Of a DNA stretch of 32,000 bases, positions 26,663 through 32,000 are shown piece by piece. This DNA is from a bacterium (GTDB lineage: Bacteria; UBP7; UBA6624). A program made the translations under genes and the position numbers. A model generated the notes under the pieces. The model saw only the letters and a list, made by a program, of their open reading frames with translations, did no database searches and was not told the DNA's origin. The DNA lies in the NCBI GenBank assembly GCA_002716355.1, contig PBAU01000002.1, positions 137,121 to 169,120 of the forward strand. The letters run 5' to 3'. How positions within the stretch are numbered: position 1 is the first letter of the stretch; every line of letters starts with the position of its first letter.

Positions 26663-28663
26663 ATGTTTGAGAAAATTAAATTTATCTTATTTATTCTCCT
26701 TCTTTCTTTTTCTAGCATTACTCAAAAACAAAGTGAACCTTGGGCTAAATTTGGATTAACAAATGAGGAAGCCGCTCGTCATGTTTTAGACAGGTTTGCT
26801 TTTGGCCCAAGGCAAGGGGACATCGAAAAGGTTGTATCTCTAGGAGTTAGCAATTGGTTTGAAGATCAAATATCTATAACTCAGGATGATTCTCAAGTTA
26901 ATGAAATTTTTAAAAAGCTTGATTTCAAATCATTAGAAATGTCTTTAGACGAGATGGCAAATACATATGTTCCGTACGGCCAGATTAATCGCAGGGTCAA
27001 ACAATGGGGCATTGAGTCAGGCTTGGTGACAGAGCAGGATTTTTTGACTATGACAAATGAAGAACAAAGAAGGTTGGCTCTTCTGTACATGGATGATTTT
27101 TCGCTTAAGCCAATTGCAGAACTTGACTCTGAAACATTAGCTCAAAAAATGCTTAGAGCTGCTTATTCTGAAAATCAATTTCAGGAAGTTTTAACAGATT
27201 TTTGGTTCAATCATTTCAATATAGATGCTAGTCAAAATGATGTTCGGCCATATGTTTATTCATATGAGAGAGATGCAATTAGGTCGAATGTGTTTGGAAC
27301 TTTTTCCGACATGCTTGTAGCAACAGCAAAACATCCAGGAATGCTCTTTTATCTAGACAATGGACTTTCTACAGCTGGTTCAGGTGTTGAAACCACTGCT
27401 AGTTTCCATATGGAAAATTTATCAAAAACAAGCAGAAAAAGAGATCTGCCAAAATCTGCAAGGAACCTTTTGAAAAATTCAGGCAGGGGCCTGAATGAAA
27501 ATTATGCTAGAGAATTAATGGAATTACATACACTAGGCGTTGATGCATTTAATGAGGTTGATGGCTATACGCAAAAAGACGTTCAGGAGGTTGCTCGTGC
27601 TTTTACTGGTTGGACATGGATTTTACAAGATGGTTTAAACAGTAGGCTTCCTTCAGATATTCTTCCAATGGGGATGTCCGATCAAGATTCCGGCATGGCC
27701 ACAACGCCTAATGAAACTAGTCGCTCTTTTTTATCCTCACAGCTCGAAAGGCTCGGTTTTGTTCAAGAGGGTTCTTTTGTGTTCAGGGCAAGTGCTCATG
27801 ATGCTGGAGAAAAAAATATTCTAGGACACCATTTTCCAAAAGGAGGAGGTATAGATGAGGGTGAAAGAGTTTTAGAAATATTGTCAAAACATGAATATAC
27901 CGCTAGGTTTTTATCAAAGAAAATAGCGATTAAGTTTGTTCAAGACAACCCTCCCGAGGAGCTGATTGAGCTTATGGCAAGAGCTTACCTGCACAGTTCA
28001 GGGGATTTGAGCGAAGTTTATAGAGCAATGTTTTATTCTGATTATTTTTGGAGAGAAGAGGCAATAAGATCGAAGATTAAGTCGCCATTTGAGCTTATCG
28101 TTTCCACGGTCCGTATTTTAGACAGTAAGGTTACATCCCTAAAAGGGATTTTTAATTCAATAAAAACTATGGGGCAGCCACTATATCGTTACCAGGCTCC
28201 AACTGGTTATCCAGACTCTGCTTCAGCCTGGGTGAACACTGGATCCTTGATTTCTAGAATGAATTTTGGATTATTGATTGGCGGAGACAAGATAAGAGGA
28301 ATTGAATCTGACCTGAAAGCCTTAAACACTTTCAATGGGGTTTTTCATGAGCCTGAAAGTGTTCAGCATGCTTTGGAAGTTTATGCAGGGATAATAATGC
28401 CACATAGGGATTTAAAGGAAACCTTAAGAGTTTTAGAGCCTGTTGTAAATGCTGAAAACTTAAATACCAAGATTGAAATCGCTTCAGAACAATTTAATAC
28501 AGAAAGGTCTATGGGAGGTGGAATGAATGGTGATGGCTTCACAAATGTTTTAGACCAAGATTTTCAAATTGGAGACAACAGAAAAACAAGAAAAGAAAAC
28601 GAAGGTATACTCGGTCAAATTGTTGGTGTTATTTTGGGTAGTCCTGAATTTCAAAGGAGATAG
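26663..28663 (+). CDS. DUF1800-family exported protein (function unknown)
   Basis: Sec-type signal 'MFEKIKFILFILLLSFSS'. Family-typical block 'NENYARELMELHTLGVD...YTQKDVQEVARAFTGWT'. Confidence 0.7.
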   Translation: MFEKIKFILFILLLSFSSITQKQSEPWAKFGLTNEEAARHVLDRFAFGPRQGDIEKVVSLGVSNWFEDQISITQDDSQVNEIFKKLDFKSLEMSLDEMANTYVPYGQINRRVKQWGIESGLVTEQDFLTMTNEEQRRLALLYMDDFSLKPIAELDSETLAQKMLRAAYSENQFQEVLTDFWFNHFNIDASQNDVRPYVYSYERDAIRSNVFGTFSDMLVATAKHPGMLFYLDNGLSTAGSGVETTASFHMENLSKTSRKRDLPKSARNLLKNSGRGLNENYARELMELHTLGVDAFNEVDGYTQKDVQEVARAFTGWTWILQDGLNSRLPSDILPMGMSDQDSGMATTPNETSRSFLSSQLERLGFVQEGSFVFRASAHDAGEKNILGHHFPKGGGIDEGERVLEILSKHEYTARFLSKKIAIKFVQDNPPEELIELMARAYLHSSGDLSEVYRAMFYSDYFWREEAIRSKIKSPFELIVSTVRILDSKVTSLKGIFNSIKTMGQPLYRYQAPTGYPDSASAWVNTGSLISRMNFGLLIGGDKIRGIESDLKALNTFNGVFHEPESVQHALEVYAGIIMPHRDLKETLRVLEPVVNAENLNTKIEIASEQFNTERSMGGGMNGDGFTNVLDQDFQIGDNRKTRKENEGILGQIVGVILGSPEFQRR

Positions 28664-28666
28664 TTT

Positions 28667-29953
28667 ATGCATGATGATCATGATGATGACATAAAAGGAA
28701 TCTGGACCAGACGAGCTTTTTTGAAATCAGGCGGAATCGCTTTGTTTAGTTTGGGTATTGGCGGTAATCCGCTTTTCATAAACAGGGCTGCAATTAATTC
28801 AAAAAATGATTTATTAAATCAAAACAAAACGCTTGTTACGATTTTTCAGAGAGGCGCAATGGATGGCTTGATGGCAGTTCCTAAATTAAACGATAAATAT
28901 TTAATGAATGCACGACCGAGACTTTATATGAATCCAAGTTCAAAAACCGACTCTGTATTAGATCTTGATAATGGTTTTGGCTTCCATCCATCATTAATGC
29001 CCTTAATGGATTATTGGAAAGAGGGAAGCCTTGCTGTTGTCCATGGTATGGGAAGCCCCAACAAAACAAGAAGCCATTTTGATGCACAGGATTTTATGGA
29101 ATCCGGTACGCCAGGTGACAAGGGAACTAGTTCTGGTTGGTTAAATAGAGCTGTAGGTTTAATGGGTCATGAATCACCAACCCCATTTCAATCAGTTGCT
29201 TTAACACCATCATTACCTAAATCATTTTATGGTGAAGAGTCAGCTTTGGCTATATCTGATCTAGATAATTTTGGACTTCCAAGCTATATAAATATAGGTA
29301 ATATTGTTGGCAACACCTTTGAATCTTTATATGAGGATACAACAAAAGAGATACTTAAAGACACAGCAGATGCTACATTTGAAGCCGTTGATCTTTTGGA
29401 GAAAATTAGACAGAAAGATTATGTTGCAACATCAAAGGTTTCTTATCCAAATTCAAAATTGGGTAATTCTTTAAGGCAGATTGCACAGCTTATCAAGGCG
29501 GATGTCGGTTTGGAAGCAGCTTTCGCAGAGCAGGGAGGGTGGGATACCCATGTGCAACAGGGAACAACCCAAGGTTCTTTTGCAGACAACCTTAGAGACC
29601 TTTCTGAGTCTATTTCTGCATTTTGGGAAGATTTAGGTCCATATCAAGACAGTGTCAACCTTATGACTATGACTGAATTTGGCAGAACGGTAAAAGAAAA
29701 TGGTACTGGTGGTACCGATCATGGACGAGGTTCTTGTTTGTTTGTGTTGGGTCAAGATGTTGATGGCCAAAAAGTGCATGGGTATGTTCCTGATTTGGCA
29801 CAAGAAAACCTTGAAGATGGCAGGGATCTTCCTGTCACTACGGATTTCAGAGCTATCTTTAGTGAGGTTTCAGGATCAACATTTGGTATTAGAAATGATG
29901 AAGAGCTGTTCCCAGGATGGGAAGGAGAAAGGATTAAACTTTTTAAAAGTTAA
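28667..29953 (+). CDS. DUF1501-family protein (sulfatase/alkaline-phosphatase-like fold) with twin-arginine signal
   Basis: Consensus Tat motif 'TRRAFLKSGG' and family-typical 'MTEFGRT...NGTGGTDHGRGS'. AAGGAGA Shine-Dalgarno. The gene starts 3 nt after the DUF1800 gene. Confidence 0.75.
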   Translation: MHDDHDDDIKGIWTRRAFLKSGGIALFSLGIGGNPLFINRAAINSKNDLLNQNKTLVTIFQRGAMDGLMAVPKLNDKYLMNARPRLYMNPSSKTDSVLDLDNGFGFHPSLMPLMDYWKEGSLAVVHGMGSPNKTRSHFDAQDFMESGTPGDKGTSSGWLNRAVGLMGHESPTPFQSVALTPSLPKSFYGEESALAISDLDNFGLPSYINIGNIVGNTFESLYEDTTKEILKDTADATFEAVDLLEKIRQKDYVATSKVSYPNSKLGNSLRQIAQLIKADVGLEAAFAEQGGWDTHVQQGTTQGSFADNLRDLSESISAFWEDLGPYQDSVNLMTMTEFGRTVKENGTGGTDHGRGSCLFVLGQDVDGQKVHGYVPDLAQENLEDGRDLPVTTDFRAIFSEVSGSTFGIRNDEELFPGWEGERIKLFKS

Positions 29954-29957
29954 ATAC

Positions 29958-29979
29958 GTGGGCCTGTTTCCAGGCCCAC
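29958..29979. terminator. Bidirectional intrinsic terminator hairpin between convergent genes
   Basis: Perfect 9-bp GC-rich stem, GTGGGCCTG (29958-29966) with CAGGCCCAC (29971-29979), and loop TTTC. The flanks are A/T-rich on both sides. It lies between the DUF1501 stop (29953) and the DUF378 stop (29989). Confidence 0.75.
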
Positions 29980-29988
29980 ACTAAAATC

Positions 29989-30186
29989 TTATTTGTCTTC
30001 TTCTGTTGAGCAAGACCCACCACAATCTTTCATACAAATGATGGCAGAAACACCAACCAATATGTAAACAATTCGTTCGATGGATGCATTGAAGCCGAAA
30101 ATCATGTTGACTAAATTAATATCAAATGCGTGTAGTCCCCAATTCAAACCACCAACGATCAAAAGTATCTGTGCTAACTTTTTCAT
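29989..30186 (-). CDS. DUF378-family small membrane protein
   Basis: 'LIVGGLNWGL' signature and two TM helices. The start is placed at the ATG at 30186 (MKKLAQ), preceded by AGGAGG at good spacing. The start at 30222 in the track has no Shine-Dalgarno. Confidence 0.7.
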   Translation of the reverse strand: MKKLAQILLIVGGLNWGLHAFDINLVNMIFGFNASIERIVYILVGVSAIICMKDCGGSCSTEEDK

Positions 30187-30258
30187 TAAATATCCTCCTT
30201 GTAAAACAAATATTTGAAACAAATTGTAACGCTGAAAAAATAATATATTTATATATTA

Positions 30259-31161
30259 TTAATTTAGATGCTTGTTAAAAAAAGCAACAAAATGATCGTT
30301 TATGTTCTCATTTTCCATATTTTCTTGCAATTTCAAAATACATTCAATATTCAATTCATCCATTTTTTCTTTCAACATAAAACCAAATTTGGGATGGTGG
30401 ATATAAACATGCCCTGGTGAATTTTCTGGCAAGGGTTCATTCTTTTGTCCATAATATAGAAAAACCGGAGCGTCACCTGCATTTAAGTGGCTGACGGGAG
30501 ACGCCCATTCGAAAAATGGATGAAATTTTGGGTTTTCAATATGTTCAAAAGAATTCATGCCATGATGATTCATGCCGTAAAGTTCATATAAGGGTTGGTC
30601 TATATTGTTCGTGTTAAACATTTTCGAAATAACCCTTGGGTCCAATGTTGTTTGAGCACCAATTGCAACAACAGCTTGAACTTTTGCTGACACCCTATGT
30701 GGAAAGATATTTCTTGGATTGTCTTTCGTATTTGAATCATCATTGAATCCCAACCATAAAGATATGGCTCCGCCTGCTGACCCACCAATGGCGCCGAATC
30801 GCGTTGGATCGATATTAAAAACGCTAGACAGGCTTCTTAAGAACTGTACTGCAGCACCTGCATCTTGCATTTGAGCTGGAAATGGTGCCATCCAGCTCAA
30901 TCTATAGTTGACCGCAGCAACAGATATTTTGTTTTCGAGAAGCTTATCCAGAAGCATAGGATTAATGCTTTTTTTATCCCCACCTTTAAATCCACCTCCA
31001 TGGAAATAAATAACTAAAGGTGTTGGTTCTTCTGATTCAGCAAGCCATAAATCCAATTCAGTTCTTTGAAACAGGTTAAAACTGTAGTTTATATTTTTGT
31101 GATTTGGTTCTATAGGCTGTGGAGCAAAGAGTGCTAAAAGGTAAAAAAACGACAATGTCAT
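30259..31161 (-). CDS. Alpha/beta hydrolase, HSL-like (family IV) esterase/lipase, possibly exported
   Basis: Oxyanion motif 'YFHGGGF' and nucleophile elbow 'GGSAGG'. The N-terminus 'MTLSFFYLLALFA' is hydrophobic. The start ATG overlaps the upstream EF-G stop (ATGA). Confidence 0.75.
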   Translation of the reverse strand: MTLSFFYLLALFAPQPIEPNHKNINYSFNLFQRTELDLWLAESEEPTPLVIYFHGGGFKGGDKKSINPMLLDKLLENKISVAAVNYRLSWMAPFPAQMQDAGAAVQFLRSLSSVFNIDPTRFGAIGGSAGGAISLWLGFNDDSNTKDNPRNIFPHRVSAKVQAVVAIGAQTTLDPRVISKMFNTNNIDQPLYELYGMNHHGMNSFEHIENPKFHPFFEWASPVSHLNAGDAPVFLYYGQKNEPLPENSPGHVYIHHPKFGFMLKEKMDELNIECILKLQENMENENINDHFVAFFNKHLN

Positions 31162-32000
31162 TTATTTTCAGCTTGGCTTGCCGCAATTACCTTTTTTGTT
31201 TGGTCTGCTGGCAAGGGTTCATACGTATGAAATTCCATATCAAAAAAACCGTCCCCTTTTGCAATAGATCTTAAAGTATTGTCATACTTGTACATTTCCA
31301 TCAAGGGAACTTCAGCTTTGATTGTTGTCAGTCCTTGACCGCTTGCGTCTTGACCTAATATTCTTCCCCTTCTTGCATTAAGGTCTCCAATAATTTCACC
31401 CATTAAATTGTCCGGGACCGTTATATCTACCTTATAGATTGGTTCAAGTATTATCTTTTGACATTGGCTTTCTAACATTCTGAAGCATTGCAAACCTGCT
31501 ATCTGGAAAGATATGTCATTTGAATCAACATCATGTGTTTTTCCGTCAAAAACAGATACTTCTATATCCACAACTTGAGCGCCAATCAAAGACCCTTTTT
31601 CCATGCCTTGAGAAACTCCCTTTTCGACAGATCCAATAAATTTCTTAGGTATTTTTCCACCAACAATATTGTCTACAAATTTAAAGCCCTCATCCCTCAT
31701 CAAAGGTGTAACCTTTAAGGCACATTCACCAAATTGACCAGAGCCACCAGATTGTTTCTTATGTCGGTAGGTTGCATTTCCTGTGCTTGTAAAAGTTTCT
31801 TTATATGGTATTTTTGGAGCTGATGCTATTGCTTTAACTCCAAATTCATTTTGTGCCCTTGAAGAAAGAACGGAAAGTTGTATCTCACCAAAACATTCAA
31901 TAACATTTTGATGTGTTTCAGATTTGTATCCATAAGTAACTGCAGGATCTTCTCTTAAGAGTGTTTTTATTGCATCACTAACCTTGGTTGCATCTTTTTC
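31158..32000 (-). CDS. Elongation factor G family protein, domains III-V (5' part lies outside the window)
   Basis: My own translation shows the minus-strand frame is open from nt 32000: EKDATKVSDAIKTLLREDPAVTYGYKSETHQNVIECFGEIQLSVLSSRAQNEFGVKAIASAPKIPYKETF...YRHKKQSGGSGQFGECALKVTPLMRDEGFKFVD... 'KKQSGGSGQFG' and 'EPIYKVDITVPDNLMGEIIGDLNARRGRI' are EF-G domain IV/V hallmarks. The Met at 31703 in the track is internal. Confidence 0.85.
   Translation of the reverse strand, partial: EKDATKVSDAIKTLLREDPAVTYGYKSETHQNVIECFGEIQLSVLSSRAQNEFGVKAIASAPKIPYKETFTSTGNATYRHKKQSGGSGQFGECALKVTPLMRDEGFKFVDNIVGGKIPKKFIGSVEKGVSQGMEKGSLIGAQVVDIEVSVFDGKTHDVDSNDISFQIAGLQCFRMLESQCQKIILEPIYKVDITVPDNLMGEIIGDLNARRGRILGQDASGQGLTTIKAEVPLMEMYKYDNTLRSIAKGDGFFDMEFHTYEPLPADQTKKVIAASQAENK

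Noticed and set aside
29989-30186. The C-terminal Cys cluster ('MKDCGGSCSTEEDK') of the DUF378 peptide as a possible metal-binding or modified peptide.
   Set aside because: The N-terminal two-TM DUF378 core is ordinary and there are no modification enzymes adjacent. The evidence is too thin for more than a note.
30239-30260. AT-only inverted repeat AATAATATAT-TT-ATATATTATT just downstream of the esterase stop codon.
   Set aside because: It is composed entirely of A/T in an AT-rich genome and overlaps the stop codon. The stem would be too weak to call a terminator or operator with any confidence.
1-32000. A search for mobile elements, CRISPR repeats, tRNA/rRNA genes, toxin-antitoxin pairs or defence genes.
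   Set aside because: I saw no direct repeat arrays, terminal inverted repeats, integrase, transposase or phage-like ORFs, or cloverleaf-sized non-coding gaps. Apart from 2267-2443, every intergenic gap is 85 nt or shorter.

Overview
Visibly AT-rich, very gene-dense bacterial chromosomal window of about 30 CDS. Many adjacent genes are translationally coupled, with ATGA or TAATG stop/start overlaps. I found no rRNA, tRNA, CRISPR array, transposase, integrase, phage gene or recognisable defence genes. The content is mostly core metabolism, arranged in four strand blocks.

(1) Plus strand, 1-11663: tsaC-like (5' truncated), a YqaA/DedA-methyltransferase fusion, ndk, then after a 177-nt leader nrdB-nrdA-dcd-ssb-cinA(C)-recA-rny-ymdB.

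(2) Minus strand, 11749-15227: a neurolysin-fold zinc peptidase followed by acetyl-CoA synthetase.

(3) Plus strand, 15272-29953: ThiO-like flavoprotein, ispG, OsmC, a DsbA-YceI fusion, a 10-TM PGCG-motif membrane protein, aminotransferase, alpha/beta hydrolase, SDR epimerase, csoR-copA-GT2, and a DUF1800/DUF1501 pair.

(4) Minus strand, 29989-32000: a DUF378 small membrane protein, an HSL-type esterase and the 3' part of an EF-G family gene.

I do not see a convincing novel multi-gene system such as a defence island, biosynthetic cluster or secretion system. The most interesting things I can support from the sequence are:
- an RNR whose NrdB carries the Chlamydia-type class Ic signature (Glu at the first metal ligand, no radical Tyr, here Leu), paired with a three-ATP-cone NrdA;
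- the only long non-coding stretch, a GC-rich and possibly structured leader in front of that RNR;
- two unusual domain fusions, YqaA/DedA + SAM methyltransferase and DsbA(CPPC) + YceI;
- a textbook CsoR operator that corrects the csoR start call;
- an EF-G paralogue overlapping an esterase gene.

The ORF-track starts appear to be wrong for nrdB, ssb, the peptidase, osmC, the dsbA fusion, csoR and DUF378. The tsaC-like and EF-G genes run off the window edges. Taxonomy is unresolved; the window suggests an exporting, probably diderm, low-GC aquatic lineage, but that is only a guess.
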